Made by a program: the position numbers and the translations under genes
In this document: positions 8,251 through 17,586 of the stretch, in pieces
Position numbering within the stretch: position 1 is the first letter of the stretch
Layout of the letters: every line of letters begins with the position of its first letter
The notes under the pieces: generated by a model
Databases searched by the model: none
What the model was told of the DNA's origin: nothing
What the model saw: only the letters and a program-made list of their open reading frames with translations
From: Candidatus Electronema aureum
GTDB taxonomy: Bacteria > Desulfobacterota > Desulfobulbia > Desulfobulbales > Desulfobulbaceae
Length of the DNA: 32,000 nt
Reading direction: 5' to 3'
Assembly (NCBI GenBank): GCA_004284765.1
Contig: NQJD01000001.1
Location: 90,001-122,000 of the forward strand

Positions 8251-8433
8251 AGTGGTTGCAGGAAAGGCAGAAGGAGTGATGCTGAATACGGGCAAGCATA
8301 GAGTTTGCCGCTCACCGGGTCAAGGGGAAAAATTCCTTGCTGCGGGGCAACGGAATTTGCTAAGGTGCTGTGCGGGCTGCGCTCAAACGCGGCTGTTTTT
8401 GTCCCAAATCGTTTCTCTTTTCCCCGGCTCTTG

Positions 8434-8811
8434 ATGTCCCGGCGCAAACACTTATCCACTGAACATAAACACAGCAACGACGAGCCAGACAGCAGCTTTT
8501 CCTTTCAGCTCAGTCTGAGTGGGATTGTCGGTATCGCAGTGGTGCTGTTTTGTCTCTTCCTTTGGATGTTCCTCATAGGCATTTGGGCCGGGCAAACTAT
8601 CCTCTATCCACCGTCCCAACCGCTTGCGAAGGCAGCTGTATCGCAATCGCCTTCAGTCAAAAGCGAGGAAACACGTCGCCCGGCGAAACCTCTTACCCTT
8701 TCCCCAGAACCAGAACCGCTGCCGGAATCGGAAGGAGTCCTCATCCTACCTGGAGAACGAAAGCGGCGGATCGCTCCACCGAATATACCTGTTGCTTCTC
8801 CAGCGCAGTGA
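8434..8811 (+). CDS. hypothetical single-pass membrane protein with a Pro-rich tail
   Basis: From the ATG at 8434 (MSRRKHLSTEHKH..) there is one TM helix (IVGIAVVLFCLFLWMFLIGIWAG) and then a Pro/Ser/Glu-rich low-complexity tail. No family recognised. Confidence 0.45.
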   Translation: MSRRKHLSTEHKHSNDEPDSSFSFQLSLSGIVGIAVVLFCLFLWMFLIGIWAGQTILYPPSQPLAKAAVSQSPSVKSEETRRPAKPLTLSPEPEPLPESEGVLILPGERKRRIAPPNIPVASPAQ

Positions 8812-8953
8812 ACAGTGAAAACGCCTCATTCTTCTGATATCACGGTATAATCATCGGAATGCTTGACCAAATGCCACTGAAGGGTTAAGGTGAATAATTT
8901 TCACCTGTTCCCGGCCAGTCTCGGCCTCGTCTGTACTACCACGAATCTGCACG

Positions 8954-9442
8954 ATGATCATGAACGGAGCCACTGTTACACTCACATCGACGAAAATTCG
9001 TCCGGCCCACATGGGTGATGTCAAAATCATTCATACCTTGCTCCAGCAATTTGCTAATCGGGGCTTGCTCTTGGGTCGCTCGATCAGCTCGCTCTACGAT
9101 CAGCTGCGTGATTTTGTCGTTTATGACGACAACGGAGTGCAGGGAGTTTGCTCTTTGCATATTTGCTGGGATAATTTAGCAGAAATCCGCTCGTTGGCTG
9201 TGGTAGAGAGTAGTCAAGGTCAAGGCATAGGCCGTGAGCTGGTTTCCGCCTGCTTAATCGAAGCGCAAAAATTGGAGATCAACAGGGTCTTCACCTTGAC
9301 CTACCAAGGTGGTTTTTTCAGAAAATTGCACTTTGCACCCATTGAAAAAAGCGAATTGCCGCATAAAATATGGAGCGACTGCATTCAGTGTCCTAAATTC
9401 CCGGACTGCGACGAAGAAGCGCTGATCTGGATCAACGATTAA
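8954..9442 (+). CDS. GNAT-family N-acetyltransferase, short N-acetylglutamate-synthase-like type
   Basis: Contains the acetyl-CoA binding motif region [17 protein letters not shown] (Q/RxxGxG/A). Size and layout are typical of a GNAT protein. Confidence 0.75.
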   Translation: MIMNGATVTLTSTKIRPAHMGDVKIIHTLLQQFANRGLLLGRSISSLYDQLRDFVVYDDNGVQGVCSLHICWDNLAEIRSLAVVESSQGQGIGRELVSACLIEAQKLEINRVFTLTYQGGFFRKLHFAPIEKSELPHKIWSDCIQCPKFPDCDEEALIWIND

Positions 9443-9488
9443 TCCTGGCGGCGCGGAGTCAAATGAGTTCCGCCTGCGGAGAACAAGC

Positions 9489-12032
<2,544 letters not shown>

Positions 12033-12044
12033 TAGGTAGTACAC

Positions 12045-12254
12045 CTATTCCATCAAATGCACCCGCTCGCAGTCTGGGCATATCCAAGTGGGGCCGTTGC
12101 TCATGCCCCACTTGTTTTCGGTAAAGCAATCAGGGCAGATGGCAAAGCCGCAGGTGCAAGTCCAACAGAAAGGCACTTGTTTCGTGCAGCAATGGCAGGT
12201 GTCGCCGTCGATACGTCTGCGACGACGTTTTCGGGGTGAATACTCGTCAGTCAT
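12045..12254 (-). CDS. small Arg-rich, Cys-rich (zinc-ribbon-like) protein, 69 aa
   Basis: The sequence is PRKRRRRRIDGDTCHCC..CWTCTCGFAICPDCF..WICPDCERV. Its ATG overlaps the cbiO stop (ATGA at 12251-12254), which suggests translational coupling. Confidence 0.55.
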   Translation of the reverse strand: MTDEYSPRKRRRRRIDGDTCHCCTKQVPFCWTCTCGFAICPDCFTENKWGMSNGPTWICPDCERVHLME

Positions 12255-12985
12255 CGTTGGTGTTCGTGGGGTCGGTCGCCATATGTGTGAACATGATGGT
12301 GGCTATGCAGACATTCGGTACCACTGCGCAGCGCACATCCTTCGCTTAACGTATATATCTCATCGCAGGTTTCAGCGAGAAAGTCCCAGTCATGCGAGAT
12401 GATCATGTAGCCGATCTCCAGCCGGTTGAGAATGCTGATCAGGCGAGTGCGGATATTGCTGTCGAGGTTGTTGGTTGGTTCATCTAAGAGCATCGCTTCT
12501 GGCTGCATAGACAAGATCGTGGCTAAGGAAATCAGCTTTTTCTCGCCGCCAGAAAGCTGATGTGTAACTCTCTCTGCCAAGGCGGAGAGACCAAGATCAG
12601 CTAATGTTTGGCGAGAGATACGCAGGGCTTCTGCTGGGTTCATGCCGAGATTGAGCGGGCCAAAGGCAATATCTTCAATCACCGTGGGCGAAAAAAGTTG
12701 GTCATCGGCATCTTGAAAGACCAAACCGATGCTTCGGCGTAGCTTGCGGAATTCCTCTTTACTGCTGATCTCTTGGCCCTTAAACAGCAGCCTCCCTGCT
12801 GTGGGTCGCAGCAGTCCCATGATGATATGCAGCAATGTGGTTTTGCCGCTACCGTTCGGGCCAATCAAACCAATACGCTGGCGATAATCCAGCGTCACGT
12901 CTGCTTGGTTGAGCAGCAGATGGCTGCTACCGGGATAGGCAAAAGATACCTGCTGAAGCTGGATAAGGGTTGGGTTAGCGGGCAT
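12251..12985 (-). CDS. cbiO: ECF/Cbi-Nik type ABC ATP-binding protein (CbiO/NikO) with a His-rich C-terminal tail
   Basis: Walker A GPNGSGKTTLL, signature LSGGEKKL and Walker B MLLDEPTNNLD. The tail reads ECLHSHHHVHTYGDRPHEHQR. Confidence 0.85.
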   Translation of the reverse strand: MPANPTLIQLQQVSFAYPGSSHLLLNQADVTLDYRQRIGLIGPNGSGKTTLLHIIMGLLRPTAGRLLFKGQEISSKEEFRKLRRSIGLVFQDADDQLFSPTVIEDIAFGPLNLGMNPAEALRISRQTLADLGLSALAERVTHQLSGGEKKLISLATILSMQPEAMLLDEPTNNLDSNIRTRLISILNRLEIGYMIISHDWDFLAETCDEIYTLSEGCALRSGTECLHSHHHVHTYGDRPHEHQR

Positions 12986-13050
12986 GTTGCTTTGAGTTAG
13001 TCGGTTGCATAAAGATTGATAGCAGCTCGTTAGTGAAGATGGGCATGAGC

Positions 13051-13464
13051 TTACCGGGAAGCCGCTGCTGCTGGGCGCGGCAGCTTCTTGGCCTTTGCCG
13101 CTGCAACCTTGTAGGGCTGAATCAGCACGTCCGCCGCAATGCCCAGTCCTGTATGCAGCTTTTGAATCATGGGTAGCGACAGGGAACGCTGCCGGTTGAT
13201 GATCTCGGCCACCCGCGCCCGTGTGCCGATAAATGGCTCTAAATCTTTCCGTGACAAGCCCCGGCTTTCCATCTGGTAGAGAATAGCCTCAACTGGATCA
13301 GGCTTGGGCAGATCGTAACGACCTTTCTCGTAGGCTTCAACCAAAATGGTCAGCATGTTCAGCTGGTCGCCGTCAGCAGTGTCTGCTTCCGCTGCAAACA
13401 GCCGCTCTATCTCCGCCAAAGCCTGCTGATACTCTGCTTCCGACCGGATTGGCTTCATATCCAT
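13051..13464 (-). CDS. higA: HigA-family antitoxin (XRE-type HTH)
   Basis: MKPIRSEAEYQQALAEIERLF.. followed by the HTH region LSRKDLEPFIGTRARVAEIINRQRSLSLPMIQKL. It lies 12 nt downstream of higB with a GAGGAG SD, so the order is toxin first, as in higBA. Confidence 0.8.
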   Translation of the reverse strand: MDMKPIRSEAEYQQALAEIERLFAAEADTADGDQLNMLTILVEAYEKGRYDLPKPDPVEAILYQMESRGLSRKDLEPFIGTRARVAEIINRQRSLSLPMIQKLHTGLGIAADVLIQPYKVAAAKAKKLPRPAAAASR

Positions 13465-13476
13465 AACTTGTTCTCC

Positions 13477-13770
13477 TCACACGCTGGCTGCATCAACAGC
13501 ATCGTATTCCGCATGAGTGCCGACAAAGCGGATATAGACGATGCTGTATTCGTAGTGAATAGCCACAATCACGCGGTACTTGTTGCCTTTGATGTTGAAC
13601 ACCGCCCGGTTGTTGGCAACAAAGCTGACGTTGCGGTACGCATTCTTCACATCCGCAGGCGACTTCCAGTCCGCTTGTTGCACGTCCGTATGCCATGACT
13701 GCAAGGCTTGCTGCGCATCAGCATGTTTTTCCCAGAATTCCCGGAGAGTCTTTTTGGCAATGATCCGCAT
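13477..13770 (-). CDS. higB: HigB-family toxin (RelE-like mRNA interferase)
   Basis: From the ATG at 13770: MRIIAKKTLREFWEKHADAQQALQSWHTDVQQADWKSPADVKNAYRNVSFVANNRAVFNIKGNKYRVIVAIHYEYSIVYIRFVGTHAEYD. This is the typical HigB_toxin pattern. Confidence 0.8.
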   Translation of the reverse strand: MRIIAKKTLREFWEKHADAQQALQSWHTDVQQADWKSPADVKNAYRNVSFVANNRAVFNIKGNKYRVIVAIHYEYSIVYIRFVGTHAEYDAVDAASV

Positions 13771-13776
13771 GAGAAC

Positions 13777-13804
13777 ATTATACGCTAATCCCTTAGCGGG
13801 AACA
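13777..13804 (-). promoter_or_regulatory. putative higBA promoter (TTGTTC-17-TATAAT) with an overlapping operator palindrome; possibly a leaderless transcript
   Basis: On the minus strand TATAAT (13777-13782) lies only 6 nt before the higB ATG. The inverted repeat CGCTAA-GGGA-TTAGCG (13783-13798) fills the spacer. Confidence 0.45.
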
Positions 13805-13913
13805 AAACAGTGCTTCAGCCATGTGCTTTTCTCCGGTTGCTCCAAGTTGTATGCTTGCAAAGCTGGGCTACAAGGCAACAGCACGGTAGAGGTAGGCTGG
13901 GTTTTATTTTATA

Positions 13914-14285
13914 CTACGATGCTGGTGGCATTATTAATACAACCAGTGGATCTTCTTTTATTCGTTTTATCAATCTTTTAAGTTCGCCATCACTTGTTGA
14001 GTTTGGATAACGCAAACTACTAACAATATCCCACAATACAGTTCCACTTCTAAAAAACCTCACGCACTCTCCTGCCTCATCGATAGATGGGAAAACACGA
14101 ACACCAAGGTCTGATAAAGCTTCTTGTATCCCCTCGCGCGCACTTTTAGCTAAACGAATAGAATCGTCTTGCGCAGCAGTTCTATACATTAATTGCAATT
14201 CGCTATATTGAATTGTAATAAAGCTGTAATTCCCTTGGTCCATACGATATTTTATTTCTTTAGCTACTTTTCTAAAAACTTCCAT
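13914..14285 (-). CDS. hypothetical protein (123 aa), AT-rich gene
   Basis: The ATG at 14285 follows AGAGG (the ORF track starts 2 codons earlier at a TTG). Begins MEVFRKVAKEIKYRMDQGNYSF... No motif recognised. Its composition differs from the GC-rich gene immediately upstream (14424-15494). Confidence 0.5.
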   Translation of the reverse strand: MEVFRKVAKEIKYRMDQGNYSFITIQYSELQLMYRTAAQDDSIRLAKSAREGIQEALSDLGVRVFPSIDEAGECVRFFRSGTVLWDIVSSLRYPNSTSDGELKRLIKRIKEDPLVVLIMPPAS

Positions 14286-14423
14286 AGTCAAGACCTCTTT
14301 GTTTGATTATTCTTTGCACATAACAAGATAACAGCTCTACCTTCCCTGCAATATGCAGGACATCCAAACCAAGCTGGGGAAAGCCCCCGCCCTCCCCAAC
14401 TTTCACCCTTCCAACCCCCTATC

Positions 14424-15494
14424 CTACACCTCCAAATCCAAAATATCCACCAGCCTGCCGTCGTAATCGTTGCGAATCATCGTTCTGAGCGCGGCGTAGT
14501 TGTTGACCTTGATCTTCAAGCTGCTCACGGCGGAACCGGCAAAACCGGGCAGCGTGAATTCCCCGTTCGCGGTCACGGGCACCATGCCGCCGACCGCGCC
14601 GCCGTCGCGCATGGCAATCAGCCGGAATGAGAGCTGATTTTCCTGCACACTGGCATCTGCCTGAATGCGCAGCCGCTCGCTGGCCGAGAGGGTGCAGGCG
14701 GTGATGCTGACATGCGGCGTAGCCGCGCTGCCGGTGAGAATGCCGGTCTCCGGCGGGTTCGGATGATCGAGATTGACGGCGGTCAGCGGCGAGCGCAGCT
14801 TGCGTCCGTAGGTGCCGCTGCGCAGCGAGCCGTGCTCGGTGTAGCGCGTCGTGACCGACACCGTGTACTCGTTGTTCCAAGGATGGGCTTGGGCCGGAAT
14901 GTGCGGCACCAGCAGGATTTCCGTGTCGCTGACGCTGGCGAGCTGGCTTTGTTTCTCGCTGCCGCTACGGGTGCCTTCGATGACACAACCACAGTCCGGC
15001 TTTTTCGGGTCAAAGAGCAGATTGCTGCCGGTCAGCCGGAGCACGCCGTCCGGGTTGAGGACATTGTTCAGCTCAAGCGTGGTGTCTGCGGCGGAGAGGA
15101 TGGACGGGGCCTTTTCCTCGGTCGAAACCCGTTCCAAGGTCACGTTCTGCTGCACATATTGGACAAAGGGGCGCGTGGCCGAGACGCTGATCCGCAGCAG
15201 CTCGCTGACCGGCGGCAGCGGGTCAGCCGGGCTGTTCAGCTTGCCACGGAAGGCGGGGGCGAAGGTCAATGCCTCCTCCAGCGTGACCTGCATCCCGTTG
15301 CAGAGCATCTCTTTGATATTCTTCATTGTTGACTGAATGGAGGCCTTGGCCTGCTCCGCGCTCAGGCCGGTGTCTTTGGCAACGGCGGCGGCCAGCTCGT
15401 CATAGCCCGCTGTCTGCTTCGGCATGAAGCGCAGCTTGTAGGATGCAGGTTTGGTCAGAGGATTCGGCTCGACGCGGTATTGCACAGTTCCCAT
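14424..15494 (-). CDS. HU-like (HU-HIG type) DNA-binding domain protein with a C-terminal Ig-like DUF4469-like region
   Basis: The N-terminus VQYRVEPNPLTKPASYKLRFMPKQTAGYDELAAAVAKDTGLSAEQAKASIQSTMKNIKEMLCNGMQVTLEEALTF matches the Bacteroidota-type HU-like pattern. A later segment, LRLTGSNLLFDPKKPDCGCVIEG, resembles DUF4469. A GGAGGG SD precedes the ATG. Confidence 0.6.
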   Translation of the reverse strand: MGTVQYRVEPNPLTKPASYKLRFMPKQTAGYDELAAAVAKDTGLSAEQAKASIQSTMKNIKEMLCNGMQVTLEEALTFAPAFRGKLNSPADPLPPVSELLRISVSATRPFVQYVQQNVTLERVSTEEKAPSILSAADTTLELNNVLNPDGVLRLTGSNLLFDPKKPDCGCVIEGTRSGSEKQSQLASVSDTEILLVPHIPAQAHPWNNEYTVSVTTRYTEHGSLRSGTYGRKLRSPLTAVNLDHPNPPETGILTGSAATPHVSITACTLSASERLRIQADASVQENQLSFRLIAMRDGGAVGGMVPVTANGEFTLPGFAGSAVSSLKIKVNNYAALRTMIRNDYDGRLVDILDLEV

Positions 15495-15554
15495 GATGCC
15501 CTCCGTTCTGGTTTTTCAGATATTGATACAACGAGTTGCGGCTGATCAAAAGCC

Positions 15555-15583
15555 AAGATACGGCGGAGACTGCGCTTTGTCAA
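15555..15583 (-). promoter_or_regulatory. sigma70-type promoter (TTGACA-17-TATCTT) for the HU-like gene
   Basis: On the minus strand TTGACA (15583-15578) and TATCTT (15560-15555) are separated by a 17-nt spacer, about 60 nt upstream of the ATG at 15494. Confidence 0.5.
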
Positions 15584-15621
15584 TAAAATAGGGCGCGGCG
15601 AGGGAAGGAGACGGGCGGCAA

Positions 15622-15730
15622 AATACATACTGGTATGTATTGAGGAAACATACTGTATAGTTTTCCCGGAACATACCAGTATGTATTGGCGGAACATACT
15701 GGTATGTATTTGGGATACTATTCGGTATGT
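15622..15730. repeat. array of 4-5 palindromic sites, core ACATAC-N2-GTATGT
   Basis: AATACATACTGGTATGTATT (15622-15641); a degenerate site AACATACTGTATAG (15647-15660); GGAACATACCAGTATGTATTGG (15668-15689); GGAACATACTGGTATGTATTTGG (15691-15713); and a degenerate site GATACTATTCGGTATGT (15714-15730). Confidence 0.8.
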
Positions 15731-15755
15731 TTTTTGGGGGAGGTGGGGCGAGGGT

Positions 15756-16481
15756 TTAAGGCTGGGGTGCGAGGTTAATCAACCTTGCCATGGAACAACG
15801 AATATAACTTTCATTTTCCTTATCCCAATCTGTCATTATTCCTATTAATTTACTGGAAAAACCAGATGATCCATTGCTTGATAATTCAATAACAGGCCCT
15901 CCCGACATACCATTGGGATTTGGAGCTGTACTTTGTGACCCATCACAACGGGGTACTTTTTTCTTTTGAAATTTACAGAAAAAGTGTACTTCTTGATGAA
16001 CTTTCTTGATAGGCTGCGAAGGAAAATCTATAATTTTTGTTAACATATAAAAAGGCTCAACAAATGTTCCTTTGCTCGATATTGAAACCTTACTTTGAGG
16101 GTAGCCAAGCAAAAGAATACTATTTTCAGATCGATTAACTATAGAGTCACTTATCAATTCAATAGGAGAAAAAAATTCCAACTCTTCTGTTAAATAGACA
16201 AGAGAGATATCAACATCAGCCTCGTTGCAAGATATTTTCACCGCTTGATCTATAGGGATACTTGCAAGTTCCTCTCTCCTCAGAGGAATGATATTCTTTG
16301 CAAGCTCCTCATGGTCAATAACATGAGATGCTGTTGCCAAGTAATATTTATCCTTTATTTTTAGATAGACAGCACATCCTGAATATTCATATTTTCTTTT
16401 TATAGTTCCTATCCTGTAGACAGGAACAACATGTTTTTGAATATTCAGAAGAACTGGTTCGTACTGCTTGTAGTCAAACAT
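15756..16481 (-). CDS. trypsin/chymotrypsin-fold serine protease without a signal peptide, AT-rich gene
   Basis: The catalytic triad motifs appear in H-D-S order: LATASHV (His), DVDISLVYL (Asp) and NGMSGGPV (Ser). The N-terminus MFDYKQYEPVLLNIQKH is not hydrophobic. Confidence 0.7.
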   Translation of the reverse strand: MFDYKQYEPVLLNIQKHVVPVYRIGTIKRKYEYSGCAVYLKIKDKYYLATASHVIDHEELAKNIIPLRREELASIPIDQAVKISCNEADVDISLVYLTEELEFFSPIELISDSIVNRSENSILLLGYPQSKVSISSKGTFVEPFYMLTKIIDFPSQPIKKVHQEVHFFCKFQKKKVPRCDGSQSTAPNPNGMSGGPVIELSSNGSSGFSSKLIGIMTDWDKENESYIRCSMARLINLAPQP

Positions 16482-16699
16482 ATTTTAGCCGTGTAGTGTG
16501 TAGAGTCATGTATGGTGCGGCACCCCGCACCAGAAAAGGTGCATGGAAAACCATAAGTCGGGGTAAGCGCAATGAACCGCGACAAGAAAGCTACCTGATT
16601 AACAGTGCTGTGGTCAACAGGAAAACTTCAGCAATGCAGTTGCACGGCTGCGGCCACCGATGCGAATTGAAGGAATGCCATTGCACTGAACGCAGCTTG

Positions 16700-17452
16700 T
16701 CAGCCTATCAGCTCCAACACCACGAGCAATAACGCTGTCAACAAAAGGCCAGCCATAAGCAAGACATCATTGCGATGCAACTCCGTTGGTTCAAGGCTAT
16801 GAAAGGTACCGGAGAAGCCGCGCAGCAGCATTGCCTGCTGCACTCGTGCCGCTCGGTTCCAGCTGCGTACAATCACCATGCCCAGTAAATGGCCGTAGGT
16901 TCGGTACGTGTGCAGATTGGTGCGCGGATGGAAGCAACGTAGCTCTGCCGCCCGATGCAGGCGAAGAAACTCCTCGTGAATCAGACCGAGATATCGGTAG
17001 GAAAAAAGCAGAAGCAAGCAAAGACGCGGTGAGAGGCGCAGCAGTTGCAGACTATGCCCAAGACGTGCCACGGTGGAAGTGGACAACAAGCTAATGAAGA
17101 GCAGCACCGCTGCATTGCCCTTGATTGTGATCAGCGCAGCTAACCGCAGCCCGGTTAGGCTGAGATTAAGACCAGCAAAGCGCACAACCTCTGTTCCGCC
17201 ATAGGTCAGGGGGAGTAGCAGCCAAAGCAGCGCGTTGAAACTGTTGACGATCAGGAGCCGCCGGAGAATTGCTGCCCAAGACAGTCGTGCTGCCGCTGTC
17301 AGCAGCACGGACAAGAGCAACCCAGCAAAGGCAGTGCGGAAATTCTGACTGAGAGCGATGAGCAGACTGAGAACTACCGCACTGATCAGCTTACTGCGTG
17401 GGTCGGCCCGATGCAGGAATGAGCTGCCCGTGCTGAATTGTTCAAAGGTGAT
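16700..17452 (-). CDS. cbiQ: ECF transporter transmembrane (T) component CbiQ/NikQ; start codon uncertain and apparently non-canonical
   Basis: The frame stays open upstream of the ORF-track TTG (17320) as far as TAG at 17474-17476. That extension encodes a typical CbiQ N-terminus (..ITFEQFSTGSSFLHRADPRSKLISAVVLSLLIALSQ). An AGGAGGG SD precedes ATC ATC at 17455/17452. Confidence 0.75.
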   Translation of the reverse strand: MTFEQFSTGSSFLHRADPRSKLISAVVLSLLIALSQNFRTAFAGLLLSVLLTAAARLSWAAILRRLLIVNSFNALLWLLLPLTYGGTEVVRFAGLNLSLTGLRLAALITIKGNAAVLLFISLLSTSTVARLGHSLQLLRLSPRLCLLLLFSYRYLGLIHEEFLRLHRAAELRCFHPRTNLHTYRTYGHLLGMVIVRSWNRAARVQQAMLLRGFSGTFHSLEPTELHRNDVLLMAGLLLTALLLVVLELIG

Positions 17453-17532
17453 GATACCCTCCTGTGTACGGTGCTATCACCAGCAGCGTATCGGTGTTGT
17501 AACGCAGAAATGTTGAAATCACCAAGCAAAGA

Positions 17533-17575
17533 ACAGACCTCCTGCTGCGGATGTTTCTTCCTTCAGGAGGTCTGT
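17533..17575 (-). terminator. intra-operon hairpin between nikK and cbiQ, a possible attenuator or partial terminator
   Basis: ACAGACCTCCTG (17533-17544) pairs with CAGGAGGTCTGT (17564-17575) to give a 12-bp perfect stem. On the minus strand it is followed by TCTTTGCTT. Confidence 0.4.
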
Positions 17576-17586
17576 GTCAGCAGAGC

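Noticed and set aside
15622-15730. Possibility that the repeated palindromes are a mini CRISPR array
   Set aside because: The repeats are only about 20 bp and are themselves perfect dyads. They abut each other with 1-6 bp gaps rather than 25-40-bp unique spacers. No cas genes are present.
16496-16732. A 78-aa plus-strand ORF in the cbiQ-protease spacer, or an ncRNA or att site there
   Set aside because: The ORF has no SD, overlaps the cbiQ 3' end and has an odd composition. I found a short hairpin (GGTGCGG-CACC-CCGCACC, 16515-16532) but no T-run, tRNA-like sequence or repeat shared with the other junction. The region remains unexplained rather than annotated.
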